Shown here: in pieces, positions 14,404 through 28,607 of the stretch | How the letters are laid out: the number at the start of each line of letters is the position of its first letter | How positions within the stretch are numbered: the stretch's first letter is position 1 | Source of the DNA: an uncultured Actinomycetota bacterium | GTDB lineage: Bacteria; Actinomycetota; Actinomycetes; Mycobacteriales; Mycobacteriaceae | NCBI GenBank assembly: GCA_963738695.1 | Contig: CAVTXO010000012.1 | Span: 40,742 to 104,741, forward strand | Direction of reading: 5' to 3' | DNA length: 64,000 nucleotides | Notes under the pieces: model-generated | Databases searched by the model: none | What the model was told of the DNA's origin: nothing | The model's input: the letters and a program-made list of their open reading frames with translations, nothing else | Translations under genes and position numbers: made by a program

Positions 14404-17400
14404 GCGCGCCCTGGCCGCCGGCACCTCCGCCGCCCCGCCACGCAGGCACCCACCGCCGCCACCGCGCATGCGCACGCCACCGCCGCCGCCGCGTCGGACC
14501 GGCTCCCCCGCCGCCCCGGCAGCGGATCCCCCGCGGCCCCGCGCCGCGCCGCCGCGCCGGCCAACCCGAACTGTCCGACGCCGCGGTGGTGTCGCGGTCG
14601 TGGGGCATGGCGTTCGCGACGCTGATCAGCCGGATCACCGGCTTCATCCGCATCGCGCTGCTGGCCGCCATCCTCGGTGCGGCACTGTCCAGCGCGTTCT
14701 CGGTCGCCTATCAGCTGCCGAACCTGATCGCCGCGCTGGTGCTGGAGGCCACGTTCACCGCGATCTTCGTGCCGGTGCTGGCCCGCGCCGAGCGCGACGA
14801 CGCCGACGGCGGGACGGCGTTCGTGCGTCGACTGGTGACGTTGGCCACGGCACTGCTGCTGGTCGCCACCGTCGCGTCGGTGGCGGCCGCGCCGCTGCTG
14901 GTGCGCCTGATGCTGGGCAGCGACCCACAGGTCAACCGGCAGCTGACGACGGCGTTCGCCTATCTGCTGCTGCCGGAGGTGCTCTTCTACGGCCTGTCGT
15001 CGGTGTTCATGGCAATCCTCAACACCCGCAACGTCTTTGGTCCCACCGCGTGGGCACCGGTGTTCAACAACCTGGTCGCCATCGCCACCCTCGGCGTGTA
15101 TCTGCTTGTCCCGGGCGAACTCTCGCTGAACCCCGTCGAGATGGGCAACGCCAAGCTGCTGGTGCTCGGCCTCGGGACCACGCTCGGCGTGTTCGCCCAG
15201 ATCGCGGTGCTGCTGGTGGCCATCCGGCGCGAGCGGATCAGCCTGCGCCCGCTGTGGGGTATCGACGACCGGCTGAAGAAGTTCGGCGCGATGGCCTCGG
15301 CCATGGTGCTGTACGTGCTGATCAGCCAGGCCGGCCTGATCGTCGGCAACCGGATCGCCAGCACCGCAGCGGCTTCCGGCCCCGCGATCTACAACTACAC
15401 CTGGCTGGTGCTGATGCTGCCGTTCGGCATCATCGGCGTGACGGTGCTGACCGTGGTGATGCCGCGGCTGTCCCGCAACGCCGCCGCCGAGGACACCCCG
15501 GCCGTGCTGGCCGACCTCTCGCTGGCCACCCGGCTGACCATGGTGACGCTGATCCCGATCGTCGCGTTCATGACGGTCGGCGGCCCGGCGATCGGCAGCG
15601 CGCTGTTCGCGTACGGCAACTTCGGCGAGGTCGACGCCGGCTACCTCGGGCATGGCGATCACGCTGTCGGCGTTCACCCTGATCCCGTACGCGCTGGTGC
15701 TGCTGCAGCTGCGGGTGTTCTACGCCCGCGAGCAGCCGTGGACACCGATCCTGGTGATCGTCGTGATCACCGCGGTCAAGATCGTCGGCGTCGCTGGCCG
15801 CGCCGCACCTGACCGACGACCCCGAGCTGGTCGCCGGATACCTCGGCCTGGCCAACGGACTCGGCTTCCTCGCGGGCGCGACGCTCGGTTACGTCGTGCT
15901 GCGCGCCAACCTCAATCCGCCGGGCGGCCGGCTGCTCAACCTGCAGGTGGTCCGCACCGATCCTGGTCACGATCGCGGCGTCGCTGGTCGCCGGACTCGA
16001 TCGCGCACGTCGTGGACCAACTGGCTCGGCCTCGAGTCGCTGACCGCGCACGGCGGCGGCGCCGGGTCGTTGCTCCGGCTCCTGCGTGCTCGGCCTGATC
16101 ATGCTGCCGATCGTCGCCGGGGTGCTGCTGGCGGCCCGGGTGCCCGAGGCGCAGCGCCGCGCTGGCCGGCGGTGCGCCGGCGGCTGGGTCGGGGCGGCCA
16201 ACCTGCCGCGACGGTAGCCGCTCCATCCCCGCCAGGCCGCCCGACCGACCTCGTCGCGATGGGCCCCCTCACGTACTCTGATCAGAGGAATTCGTACCCG
16301 TTGCGGCCGCGTCCGAACACGGCGGTGCCGCGGGGCGGACCTCCGGCAGGGGTTGCCGGAGCAGGGCTGCGGAAAGGACCAGCGGTGACCGACGACTCCG
16401 CGGGCGGTTCCGCGCCGGCGACGCCGGTGCGACCACCCGCATCCCGCGCCCGGCGGCCGACGATTTCCAGCCCGACGTACCGCCGGACGCGTCCTACCCC
16501 ACGTCGGGTCGGCCGCCCGCCGACTACGGCGGCGACCCCACCCGCGAACCGCTGTCGCTCGGCATGCCGAACGAGCCGCCGATCGAGGCCGCCACCGCGA
16601 GGACGACGTCCACCTCATTCCCGGCGCCACCATCGCCGGCGGGCGCTACCGGCTGCTGGTGTTCCACGGCGGTCCGCCGCACCTGCAGTTCTGGCATGCG
16701 CTGGACACCGCGCTCGACCGCCAGGTCGCGCTGACGTTCGTCGATCCCGACGCCACGCTGCCGGACCCCGAACTCGACCGAGATCCTGTCGCGGACAATG
16801 AAGCTGAGCCACATCGAGACTGCCGGGCGTGGCGCGCGTGCTCGACGTCGCGCAGACCGGGTCGGGTGGGCTGGTCGTGTCGGAGTGGATCCGCGGCGGC
16901 TCGCTCGCCGAGGTCGCCGAGACCGCGCCGTCGCCGATCGGCGGGGCCCGCGCCATCCAGTCGCTCGCCGCGGCCGCCGAGGCCGCGCACCGCGCGGGCG
17001 TCGCGCTGTCCATCGATCATCCCGGCCGGGTGCGGGTCAGCATCGACGGTGACGTCGCGCTCGCCTTCCCCGCCACCATGCCGACCGCCACCCCCGAGGA
17101 CGACATCCGCGGCATCGGCGCCGCGCTCTACGCCCTGCTGGTCAACCGGTGGCCGCTGCCCGAGTCCGGTGTGCGCAGCGGCATGGAAGCCGCCGAGCTG
17201 GACGCCGCGGGGCAGCCCGTCGAGCCGCGCGCCGTCGACCGCGACATTCCGTTCCAGATCTCGGCGGCCGCGGCCGGGCGGTCCAGGAGAACGGTGGCAT
17301 CCGCTCCGCGCCGACGCTGCTCAACCTGCTTCAGCAGGCCACGGCCGTCGCCGACCGCACGGAGCTGATCACGCCGATCGACGAGCCCGCCGCGCCGCAG

Positions 17401-18078
17401 CAGCGCTTCCGCGCCGAGCACCGAACCCGACGCGCAGGCGCGCGTCGCCGCAAGGGACTGATGATCGGGGTGAGCGTCGGCGCGGTGATCCTCGTCGTCG
17501 CGCTCGTCGTCCTCGCCACCGTGCTGAGCCGGATGTTCGGCGACGTCGGCGGCCCGCTCGACAAGCAGCGAACTCGGCCTCAACAATCCGTCCAGTTCCA
17601 GTTCCAGCAGCAGCACCGCCGACGCCAGCGTCGTGAAACCCGACCAGGGCGACGGTCTTCTCGCCCGGCGGCGAGGCGGACAACCCGGCCCAGGCGGCCA
17701 GGCGATCGACGGCAACCCGGCGACGGCGTGGTCCACGGACACCTACAGCGACCCGGTGCCGTTCCCGATCGTTCAAGAACGGCGTCGGGCTGATCCTGCA
17801 GTTGCCGCAACCGACCGCGCTGGCCTCGGTGACGTTGAGCCTCAACAGCACCGGTACCTCGATCCAGATCCGGTCGGCCGCAGACCCCGACGCCCGCGAC
17901 GCTCGACGACACCACCGAGCTCAGCCCGCCGACACCGATGAAGACCGGCTCCAACACCATCACCATCGCCAACCCGACGCCCACGTCGAACGTGCTGGTG
18001 TGGATCACGACGCTGGGCACCGTGGACGGCAAGAGCGAGTCGGCGCTGTCGGACATCACGCTCAAGGCCGCGTCCTAG
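14400..18078 (+). CDS. murJ: Lipid II flippase MurJ/MviN with pseudokinase and extracytoplasmic domains (Rv3910-like)
   Basis: 'MAFATLISRITGF', 'AYQLPNLI', 'LRVFYARE'; kinase-homology segment 'FWHALDTALDRQVALTFVDP...VVSEWIRGGSL'; second TM and C-terminal domain. Confidence 0.93.
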
Positions 18079-18189
18079 CGCGCCATCCCCAGGCCGCGGG
18101 ACGGGCCGATCGGCTGCAGGTCCAGACGGCCAGCGCGCCGGCCAAAAGAAGTGTCTTCGAGAGTGCTGTGGGCTCATTAGGGTTCGGCT

Positions 18190-18831
18190 GTGGGGAGTTT
18201 CGGGGGGATCGCCGATCCAGGACCGGTCGGACGCCGAGCTGCTCGGCGGCGCACGTCGCGGGCGATCGGTACGCCTTCGAGGAGCTGTTCCACCGCCATC
18301 ACCGGCAGCTGTACCGGCTCGCCCACATCACCAGCCGCAACCCCGAGGACGCCGCCGACGCGCTTCAGGACGCCATGCTGTCCGCGCACCGCAGCGCGCC
18401 GAGGTTTCGCCACGACGCGTCGGTCAGCAGCTGGCTGTACCGCATCGTCGTCAACGCGTGCCTGGACCGGCTGCGCCGCAACAAGTCTCACCCGACCACC
18501 GCCCTGGAGGACGACGCCTACCACGGTCGGCGATCCGACACCTCGGGTGGACACCGCGCTGGTGGTCGAACGTGCGCTCATGCGCCTGCCGGTCGAGCAG
18601 CGCGCCGCCGTCGTCGCGGTCGACATGCAGGGGTTCTCCGTCGCCGAGACCGCCCGGCTCCTCGGCGTCGCCGAGGGCACGGTCAAGAGCAGATGCTCAC
18701 GAGCGCGGGCCAAGCTCGCCGAGACGCTCGACTACTTCTCACCGGACACCGCCGCTGCGGGTCGTCGGGCTAACGACTCTGCCGAACCCTGGTGTCCGGC
18801 TGCGGTACCCGAACCAGACCGGGGCCGTTGA
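18190..18831 (+). CDS. sigM: ECF sigma factor SigM (3' end approximate; alternative stop at 18773)
   Basis: '[11 protein letters not shown]' like segment, '[17 protein letters not shown]', '[16 protein letters not shown]'; synteny murJ-sigM-trxB. Confidence 0.92.
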   Translation: MGSFGGIADPGPVGRRAARRRTSRAIGTPSRSCSTAITGSCTGSPTSPAATPRTPPTRFRTPCCPRTAARRGFATTRRSAAGCTASSSTRAWTGCAATSLTRPPPWRTTPTTVGDPTPRVDTALVVERALMRLPVEQRAAVVAVDMQGFSVAETARLLGVAEGTVKSRCSRARAKLAETLDYFSPDTAAAGRRANDSAEPWCPAAVPEPDRGR

Positions 18832-19063
18832 CGACGTACGACAGGCAGCCCGGGATGTTGCGGCAGGCGATGATCGCGCCCGCACTGGGTGAACCACCGA
18901 TCGCGGACGGCGGTCTGCTCGGGATCCCGCAGACTGCAAGGGACGGGTCGCCGGGCACGATGTACGGGCTGCACGCCGACGCGGCCCCAGCCCCGAGGAA
19001 CAAGCTCGTCGCGACCCCCAGTGTCCCGACGCCCAGTGTCAGCGCCGATCCGCAGGCCATCAA
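18770..19063 (-). CDS. Small secreted protein (about 97 aa, 4 Cys in mature part) ending [14 protein letters not shown]
   Basis: Hydrophobic signal peptide ending 'GAASA', then [10 protein letters not shown]...; C-terminus matches the peptides at 58464 and 59088; true start may be a few codons upstream. Confidence 0.75.
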   Translation of the reverse strand: MMACGSALTLGVGTLGVATSLFLGAGAASACSPYIVPGDPSLAVCGIPSRPPSAIGGSPSAGAIIACRNIPGCLSYVVNGPGLVRVPQPDTRVRQSR

Positions 19064-19199
19064 CGATGCCGTCGTGAGCTCACTTCATCCATCATCCGCT
19101 TCTTCACAGCTGAATGTCGACATGTTTACAGCGAAGCTCCGGAAGCGTCGGCGATTGCCATTCCCTAGACTGCCCGCGAGGCCAACCACGGGAGTGACA

Positions 19200-19971
19200 G
19201 TGGACGACGACACGGACGGGCCGGCGCCCGCCGCGGTGCCCGTGTCGCTGCTCGCCGACCTACAGGCCGGATTGCTCGACGACGACACCGCCGCCCTGGT
19301 ACGCCGCCGCATCCGCGACGATCCCGAGACCGCCGAACGCATGGAAGCCCTCGACCGGGTCCGGCGGGATCTGGCCGACCTCGGCACCGATGCCGCGTCC
19401 GCCCCCGAGGTGCCCGCCGACGTCACCGCTCGCGTCGGCGCCGCGCTGCGCGGCGAGCCGCCCGCCACGAACCGGGTCGTCGGATCGCTCGCGGACGCTC
19501 GCCGCGGCCCACGCCGTGCGCGGGCCATCGCCCCGCGGCTCCGGATCGCCGCGGCGGTGGTCGGCTCGGCGCCGCGCTCGCGGCCGCCGGCATCGGCACG
19601 GCCATGCTGCTGCGATCGCCCCCGACCGCATGCCCAACGACGGGCCCGACCGCCGACCGCATCACCGTCTCGAAGCCGTCCGGACGGCATCCCCCTGACC
19701 GATCCGCAGCTCCTCGACCTGCTCGGGCAACCACCCGACCTGGGACCGCTTGCCGATCCGCAGCGGCGCGCGTCGTGCCTCAGCGGCCTCGGCTACCCGA
19801 CGTCGACGACCGTCCTCGGCGCGCGGCCCGTCGCCGTCTGGCGGCAGGCCCGGTGTGCTGTTGCTGCTGCCAGGCGACGCGCCGCGGGCGGTGAACGCCG
19901 TCGTGGTCGGGCTCAACTGCAGTTCGGTCGACACCGGACTGCTCGCCGAACGGGTGGTGACCCGACCATGA
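19200..19971 (+). CDS. rsmA: Anti-sigma-M factor (Rv3912/RsmA-like), frameshifted
   Basis: '[12 protein letters not shown]...RRRIRDDP', single TM, '[20 protein letters not shown]', '[10 protein letters not shown]...[10 protein letters not shown]'. Confidence 0.85.
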
Positions 19972-19993
19972 CGCGTCCCGGCAACGACCGCGG

Positions 19994-20019
19994 GGAACAG
20001 CCGGGCTTACGCTGGTGTT
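19994..20019 (+). promoter_or_regulatory. SigH/SigE-type ECF promoter upstream of trxB-trxA
   Basis: GGAAC-N18-GTT; mycobacterial trxB-trxC is a known SigH target. Confidence 0.75.
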
Positions 20020-20066
20020 ATATGCGTGCCAAACGCGGATGGCTACGCAGGGGCAGAAAGGCGGAC

Positions 20067-21002
20067 ATGACCTCCACTCCCACGGTGCATGACGTGATCA
20101 TCATCGGTTCCGGGCCTGCCGGATACACGGCGGCGGTTTACGCGGCACGCGCTCAGCTCAAGCCGCTGGTGTTCGAGGGCGTCCAGTTCGGCGGCGCCCT
20201 GATGACCACCACCGAGGTGGAGAACTACCCCGGCTTCAAGGAGGGCATCACCGGCCCCGAGCTGATGGAGGAGATGCGCGAGCAGGCCCTCCGATTCGGC
20301 GCCGACCTGCGCATGGAGGACGTCGACGAGGTGTCGCTCGACGGCCCCGTCAAGACCGTCACCGTCGGCGACGAGACCTTCCAGGCCCGCGCCGTGATCC
20401 TCGCGATGGGCGCGGCCGCGCGGCACCTCGGCGTTCCCGGCGAGCAGGAGCGCATCGGCACGGGCGTCAGCACCTGTGCCACCTGCGACGGCTTCTTCTT
20501 CCGCGACCAGGACATCGCGGTCATCGGCGGCGGCGACTCCGCGATGGAGGAGGCCATCTTCCTGACCCGGTTCGCCCGCAGCGTCACGCTGATCCACCGC
20601 CGCGAGGAGTTCCGCGCCTCCAAGATCATGCTCGAACGGGCCAAGGCCAACGAGAAGATCACCATCCTGACCAACACCGCCGTCACCGAGGTCGAGGGCG
20701 AGCCCAAGGTCACCGGTCTGCGGCTGCGCGACACCGTGACCGGCGAGGAGTCCAAGCTGGCCGTCACCGGTGTGTTCGTCGCCATCGGCCACGATCCCCG
20801 CTCGGATCTGGTCCGCGGTCAGGTCGAGCTCGACGACGAGGGCTACGTGCAGGTGGTGGGTCGCACCACCAGCACGTCGATCGACGGCGTGTTCGCCGCC
20901 GGCGACCTCGTCGACCACACCTACCGTCAGGCCATCACGGCTGCGGGCAGCGGATGTTCCGCCGCCATCGACGCCGAGCGCTGGCTCACCGACAACGACT
21001 GA
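20067..21002 (+). CDS. trxB: Thioredoxin reductase
   Basis: '[12 protein letters not shown]', 'CATCDG', '[10 protein letters not shown]', '[11 protein letters not shown]'. Confidence 0.98.
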   Translation: MTSTPTVHDVIIIGSGPAGYTAAVYAARAQLKPLVFEGVQFGGALMTTTEVENYPGFKEGITGPELMEEMREQALRFGADLRMEDVDEVSLDGPVKTVTVGDETFQARAVILAMGAAARHLGVPGEQERIGTGVSTCATCDGFFFRDQDIAVIGGGDSAMEEAIFLTRFARSVTLIHRREEFRASKIMLERAKANEKITILTNTAVTEVEGEPKVTGLRLRDTVTGEESKLAVTGVFVAIGHDPRSDLVRGQVELDDEGYVQVVGRTTSTSIDGVFAAGDLVDHTYRQAITAAGSGCSAAIDAERWLTDND

Positions 21003-21045
21003 CCAGCCCGTCCACCAGTCCGATTTCCAACGAAGGAGCAACCCC

Positions 21046-21379
21046 ATGAGTGACACGCAAGGCAACGGTCGCCGTCACCGACGACTCGTTCTCCGACGAC
21101 GTGCTGTCCAGCAGCACTCCGGTGCTGGTCGACTTCTGGGCCACCTGGTGCGGCCCGTGCAAGATGGTCGCGCCGGTGCTCGAGGAGATCGCCACCGAGA
21201 AGGCCGGTCAGCTGACCGTGGCCAAGATCGACGTCGACGCGAACCCCGCCACCGCACGGGACTTCCAGGTGGTGTCGATCCCGACGATGATCCTGTTCAA
21301 GGACGGCGCCGCGGTGAAGCGGATCGTCGGCGCGAAGGGCAAGGCCGCGCTGCTGCGCGAGCTCTCCGACGTCGTCTAA
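21046..21379 (+). CDS. trxA: Thioredoxin (TrxC/TrxA)
   Basis: 'DFWATWCGPCKMVAP'; AAGGAG RBS upstream. Confidence 0.97.
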
Positions 21380-21526
21380 CGACGCGGGCCGCCGGGCTCG
21401 GCGCCTGGCCTGTAGGTTTCCGAATCTTCGGGGGCGTCTGCGACAATGCTGTCCGAGGCTGTTCCGCCTGGCATTGCAATCGCCAGCGTTGAATTCGCTG
21501 CCATCCGTGACCCGAAAGGCCTGGGT

Positions 21527-22725
21527 ATGTCGAGTCTGCGTCGCGGTGACCGGGGAGGTCCGGTCACCGAGATTCGGGCCGCTCTGTCGGCCCTTGGGCT
21601 CATAGACAGCCCCGACTCGGATCTGACCACCGGCAGGCACGTCGCGCTCGACGCCTTCGACGACGAGCTCGACCAGGCGGTCCGCGCGTTCCAGCAGCAT
21701 CGCGGACTGCTGGTCGACGGCGTCGTCGGTGAGGCCACCTACCGCGCGCTCAAGGAGGCGTCCTACCGGCTCGGGGCCCGCACGCTGGCTCACCAGTTCG
21801 GCGCGCCGATGTACGGCGACGACGTCGCGACGCTGCAGGCCCGCCTGCAGGATCTCGGTTTCTACACCGGCCTGGTCGACGGACACTTCGGCCTGCAGAC
21901 GCACAACGGGCTGATGTCCTACCAACGTGAGTACGGGCTGTACCCAGACGGTATCTGCGGCCCAGAGACGTTGCGCTCCTTGTACTTTCTGGGTTCGCGG
22001 GTCACCGGCGGCTCGCTGCACGCCATCCGCGAGGAGGAACTGGTCCGGCGGTCCGGCCCGCGCCTGTCCGGCAAGCGGGTGATCGTCGATCCGGGTCGCG
22101 GCGGCGACGACCACGGCCCGATCATGCAGGGCCCGTCGGGTCCCATCAGCGAAGCAGACATCCTGTGGGACTTGGCAAGTCGCCTCGAGGGCCGGATGAC
22201 CGCCATCGGCATGGAGACGTTCCTGTCGCGGCCCGTCGGTCGCAGCCCGTCGGACGCCGAACGGGCCGACCACGGCCAACACCGTCGGCGCCGACCTCAT
22301 GATCAGCCTGCGGTGTGCCGCTCTGCCCGGGTCGGCCGCCAACGGCTTGGCGTCGTTCCACTTCGGCAACTCGCACGGCTCGGTGTCCACCATCGGCCGC
22401 AACCTCGCCGACTTCATTCAGCGAGAAGTCGTGGCACGCACCGGATTACGCGACTGCCGTACACACGGCCGGACATGGGACCTACTCCGGCTGACCCGGA
22501 TGCCGACCGTTCAGGTCGACATCGGCTACGTCACCAATCCGCACGATCGCGATCTGCTGGTGTCGCCGACAGACCCGGGACTCGATCGCCGAGGGCATCC
22601 TCGCCGCGGTGAAGCGCCTCTACCTGCTCGGCAAGAACGACCGGCCCACCGGTACGTTCACGTTCGCCGAACTGTTGGCCCACGAGCTGTCGGTCGAACA
22701 GGCCGGCCGCGCCGCCCAGGGCTGA
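21527..22725 (+). CDS. cwlM: N-acetylmuramoyl-L-alanine amidase-like peptidoglycan regulator
   Basis: Two PG-binding repeats ('VRAFQQHRGLLVDGVVG', 'YQREYGLYPDGICG'), Amidase_3-like domain, C-terminal 'DRPTGTFTFAELLAHE'. Confidence 0.95.
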
Positions 22726-22732
22726 CCGCCCG

Positions 22733-23471
22733 CTACACGCACGGGCACCGCGCCGGCACCCACCGGTCGCAGTTGGGCACTCTCCAGCAGACGCTCCAGC
22801 GCCGCCTCGACGTCGGCCTTCCAGCCCAGCCCCTGCTCCAGTTCGAGGCGCAGCCGCGGGAAGTAGCGATGCGGGGCGACGACCTCGAACCCGACGTCGC
22901 CGAGGAAGTCCGCGTCGACGATGCACTGGTCGACCGAGCAGTCGCCGAGTACCTCGACCGCGGCGCGCAGTTCGGGCGGCACCAGCCGGGGATCGCCGAG
23001 TTCGGCCGCTTCGGCCGTCCGACCGAACGCCTCCAACGCCCGACACCGCGGCGGACGAGATCCCCCACCACCGCGGCGATCAGACCGCGCGGCAGTCCGT
23101 CGGTGTCGTCGGCGCATCGATGCCGATCGAGGTCAGCAGAACGGCGTCGGCACTCACCGGGCCGCTGGGGAACAGCCGGGCCCGCGGCACCGCGCGCGGC
23201 GGCGCGTAGAACGCATACCCGAGGCACGGCGCATCGTCCGACGACGACGAGCAGCTCGCCGTCCGGGCCGCACTGCACGGCGAGCTGACCGCACGACCCC
23301 CACTCGAGCATCACCATCGACAGCCAGGCTTCCTTCTCGAACTCCGGGTCGGCGAGGTGATCGTCACCCGGCAGCGTCGACGGGATCGACTTCCCAGAAC
23401 ACGCAGCGCCGCGCATGCTTGGGCAGCTGCTCGAATGCTTCGAGCCGCAGCGGCGTGATTCGTGCCGACAC
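22733..23471 (-). CDS. GNAT-like protein (Rv3916c-like), frameshifted
   Basis: 'SARITPLRLEAFEQLPKHARRCVFWE', 'EFEKEAWLSMVMLEWGSCGQ', 'PRLRLELEQGLGWKADVEAALERLL'. Confidence 0.88.
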
Positions 23472-23694
23472 TAGACTCCCCGGTTCTCAGACGGTCCAGA
23501 AATCATCGGTTGCCCCTCCAGGATAGGAGAGCCCGCCGCGGCGGTCACCCGCCTCGGCATCGACGCATCACCGCACACGCTCGGCTCGCGTCCGAATCCG
23601 ATTGGTGCGCAACGTATTTCCTCCTCGGAGCGGCGATTGCGAGCCGCTCGAGCGGCCGATGTGTCACAGTGACGTAATTACGCCGTGTGGTTGG

Positions 23695-24714
23695 TCACGG
23701 CTTCGTCGCGTTCATCAGGTCCACTATTCGCTGCAGGTCGTCGACCGACCCGAACTCCACCACGATCTTGCCCTTCCGTTTGCCGAGGCTCACCGTGACC
23801 CGGGTGTCGAACGCCGACGACAGCGTTCTCAGCAACGTCCTGGAGCCCCGGCATCTGAATCGGCTTGCGGCGCGGCGCCGGGCGGTGCGGTGACATCCTC
23901 CCGGTTGGCCAGCGTGACCGCCTCCTCCGTCGCGCGGACGGACAGCCCCTCCGCGACGATCCGGGCGGCCAGCTCCTCCTGCTTCTCCGATCCGCCCTCG
24001 AGGGCCAGCAGTGCGCGCGCGTGCCCGGCGGACAGCACTCCGGCCGCCACCCGGCGCTGCACCGCGATCGGCAGCCGCATCAACCGGATCATGTTGGTGA
24101 TCACCGGTCGCGAGCGGCCGATGCGGACGGCGAGCTCGTCGTGCGTCACGCCGAACTCGTCGAGCAGCTGCTGATAGGCGGCCGCCTCTTCCAACGGGTT
24201 CAGCTGTGCCCGGTGGATGTTCTCGAGGAGGGCGTCGCGCAGCATGCTGTCGTCGGCGGTCTCGCGGACGATCGACGGGATGGTCGGCGAGTCCGGCCTC
24301 CTGGGCGGCCCGCCACCGCCGCTCCCCCATGACGAGTTGATACCGCGGCGCGCTGCCGTCCGATTCGACCGCGCGCACGACGATCGGCTGCATGAGGCCG
24401 AACTCGCGGATCGAGTGCACGAGCTCGGCCAGCGCGTCACCGTCGAACACCTGCCGCGGCTGCCGCGGGTTCGGTTCGATGGCCGCCGGATCGATCTCCC
24501 GGTACACCGCGCCGACGTCGGTGACGGCGGCTGCGGGGGCGCCGCCCAGACAGACGTCGGCCGCCGCGTCACCCATCCGCGGGCCCATGTCGTCCGGGCT
24601 CGTCGCCTCGGCGGGCCCGGTCGGAATCAGCGATGCGAGTCCGCGGCCAAGGCCGCTCTTCTTGCGTGACGGCTGCGTCATCGGTGCTGTCTCCTCTTTC
24701 GCGGAAGTGCTCAT
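23695..24714 (-). CDS. parB: Chromosome partitioning protein ParB (start at 24681 or at the in-frame repeat-derived ATG 24714)
   Basis: '[11 protein letters not shown]', '[11 protein letters not shown]', 'GERRWRA', '[17 protein letters not shown]'. Confidence 0.96.
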   Translation of the reverse strand: MSTSAKEETAPMTQPSRKKSGLGRGLASLIPTGPAEATSPDDMGPRMGDAAADVCLGGAPAAAVTDVGAVYREIDPAAIEPNPRQPRQVFDGDALAELVHSIREFGLMQPIVVRAVESDGSAPRYQLVMGERRWRAAQEAGLADHPVDRPRDRRRQHAARRPPREHPPGTAEPVGRGGRLSAAARRVRRDARRARRPHRPLATGDHQHDPVDAAADRGAAPGGGRSAVRRARARTAGPRGRIGEAGGAGRPDRRGGAVRPRDGGGGHAGQPGGCHRTARRRAASRFRCRGSRTLLRTLSSAFDTRVTVSLGKRKGKIVVEFGSVDDLQRIVDLMNATKP

Positions 24715-24806
24715 CGGTGCTGTCTCCTCTTCGCGCAAGCGCTCATCGGTGCTGTCTCCTCTTCGCGCAAGCGCTCATCGGTGCTGTCTGCTCTTCGCGC
24801 AAGCGC

Positions 24807-24815
<9 letters not shown>
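24679..24815 (-). repeat. MIRU-like tandem repeat: three 32-bp units plus one 33-bp unit, each starting with ATG
   Basis: Minus-strand unit ATGAGCGCTTGCGCGAAGAGGAGACAGCACCG; ATG starts at 24810, 24778, 24746, 24714, then 24681. Confidence 0.92.
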
Positions 24816-26523
<1,708 letters not shown>

Positions 26524-26581
26524 CCCTCCGGATCCACCATCGGGCCGCCGCTCGGAACTACATCGATGTAACTCGGCGCCG

Positions 26582-27106
26582 TCAATCTGAGCAGCACGAC
26601 GACGCGCCGAGACGGCTCGGCACCTTCGCTCTCGCTGTGCACGCCGTCGACGGCGGCCACCGCGTCGTGCACGATCTTGCGCTCGAACGGCGTCATCGGA
26701 TCGAGCTGCTCACGCTCACCGCTCTCCAGCACGCGCCGCGCCACGCGGTCACCCAACGCGGCCAGCTCGTCACGGCGACGGCGACGCCACTTCGCGATGT
26801 CCAGCATCAGCCGGCTGCGCTCACCCGTCTTCTGATGCACCGCGAGCCGCGTCAGTTCCTGGAGCGCGTCGAGCACCTCGCCCTTGCGTCCGACCAGCTT
26901 GTTCAGATCCTCGCCGCCGTCGATGCTGACGATCGCGCGGTCCCCCTCGACGTCGAGGTCGATGTCGCCGTCGAAGTCCAGCAGGTCGAGCAGCTCCTCG
27001 AGATAGTCGCCGGCGATCTCGCCCTCGGCCACCAATCGATCTTCGAGCTCCTCGGTCTTCGGCTCATCGTCGTCGCGCTGCGTTCGGTCGTATCAGCTTC
27101 TGTCAT
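26582..27106 (-). CDS. jag: Jag/EloR (KH + R3H) RNA-binding protein
   Basis: 'LVGRKGEVLDALQELTRLAV', 'PMTPFERKIVHDAV', 'SESEGAEPSRRVVV'. Confidence 0.93.
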
Positions 27107-27166
27107 GTCCGTCCTTCCTTCTCATCCACCGGTCGGCCACGGGCCGTGCTCCGCGGTTGGGTCCGG

Positions 27167-28311
27167 TCAAGGCCTTCGTTTCCGGGCCGGTTGTTCGTCC
27201 GGCGCGGTGCGCGGTTGGCCGCTGGGCCGCGCGCAGTTCCACTCTTGGAGCCATTGGTCGTCGGCGCGTCGGAGGTCGTCCCCGAGTCACTCGGCGGCGC
27301 CTCGTCTGCCGTCGCCTCGACGTCGTACCGTCCGTCATCGACCGTCTCGTCCCGCCGCCGCGGGTTTGGTCGCGTCAGTCGTGACCGCCGGCTTTCGGCG
27401 CTTCGGCTTCGCTCCCGGCGCCGGCGCGTTCGACGCGCGGCGTTCCTGCTCCTCGACCTTCTTGGCCTCTTCGCGCTTCTCGATCTTGCCGAACACGTAG
27501 TGCTGCTGGCCGTAGGTCCAGATGTTGTTGGACACCCAGTAGAAGAGGATCGCCAGCGGCAGGAACGGACCACCGACCACGACGCCGATCGGAAAGACGT
27601 ACAGCGCCAACTTGTTCATCATCGCGGTCTGCGGGTTGGCCGCCGCCTCGGGGCTCTGCCGGGCGACCGACGCGCGGCTGTTGAAGTGCGTCGCGATGCC
27701 CGCGAGGATCATCAGCGGGATGCCCACCGCGATCACTGCCGGACGGATCGAACTCCTTGAACGCGTCCACACCCGTGGTCTGGATCATCGTCGCGCCGAG
27801 CGGCGCACCGAACAGATGCGCGTCGAGGAAGTGCCCGACGTCGGTGGCGCTGAAGAAGTAGTTGCCCAGCGAGCGGTTCAACTCGACCGACAGCTTCGGC
27901 TGGCCGAAGCCGCCCTGCGTCCGGTTGAACGACCGCAGCACGTGGTACAGCCCGAGGAAGACGGGGATCTGCGCGAGCATCGGGAGGCAGCCCAGGATCG
28001 GGTTGAAGCCGTGGTCCTTCTGGAGCTTCTGCATCTCCAGCGCCATCCGCTGGCGGTCCTTGCCGTACTTCTTCTGCAGCGCCTTGATCTGCGGCTGCAA
28101 TTCCTGCATCTGGCGCGTCGTCTCGATCTGGCGGACGAACGGCTTGTACAGGATGGCGCGCAGGGTGAAGACGAGGAACATCACCGACAGCGCCCAGGCG
28201 AAGAAGTTCGACGGCCCAAGCAGAAAGCCGAACAGCTTGTACCAGACCCACATGATCGCCGGAGACCGGATAGTAGATGTAGTCGAGACTGAACCAGTTG
28301 AAATCAAACAA
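27167..28311 (-). CDS. yidC: Membrane protein insertase YidC (3' end approximate)
   Basis: '[12 protein letters not shown]', '[15 protein letters not shown]', '[12 protein letters not shown]', '[15 protein letters not shown]'. Confidence 0.96.
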
Positions 28312-28607
28312 GCGAATCGCTCCTCAACGTCGCGGCTGCCGTCGGCGTGGTCATGGTGACCGTGGCGCGGCTCCGGTATTGGGTCCCATCCTCCCGGATG
28401 CCACGGCCCGCACTTCAGCAGCCGCACCATCGCCAACCAACTACCGCGGATCAGCCCGTGCTCGCGCAACGCATCGACCGCGTACTGACTACACGTCGGG
28501 GTGAACCGGCACGACGGTGGTCGCAGCGGCGAGATCATGTTGCGGTACAGCTCGATCGCGTAGATCAGGCCGCGCGCGGCCAGCCTGCGCAGTCCGAGTC
28601 GGCTCAT
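28300..28607 (-). CDS. yidD: Membrane protein insertion efficiency factor (3' end approximate)
   Basis: '[18 protein letters not shown]', '[17 protein letters not shown]'. Confidence 0.93.

Noticed and set aside
12871-15677. Long antisense ORFs (e.g. 12871-14475 and 13941-15677; similarly 36983-38608 and 62928-63797)
   Set aside because: Shadow ORFs expected opposite real genes in high-GC DNA, with no recognisable motifs.
18792-21002. 736-aa ORF suggesting an anti-sigma/thioredoxin reductase fusion
   Set aside because: Chance in-frame read-through caused by indels. The anti-sigma gene stops at 19971 and trxB has its own promoter and ATG at 20067.
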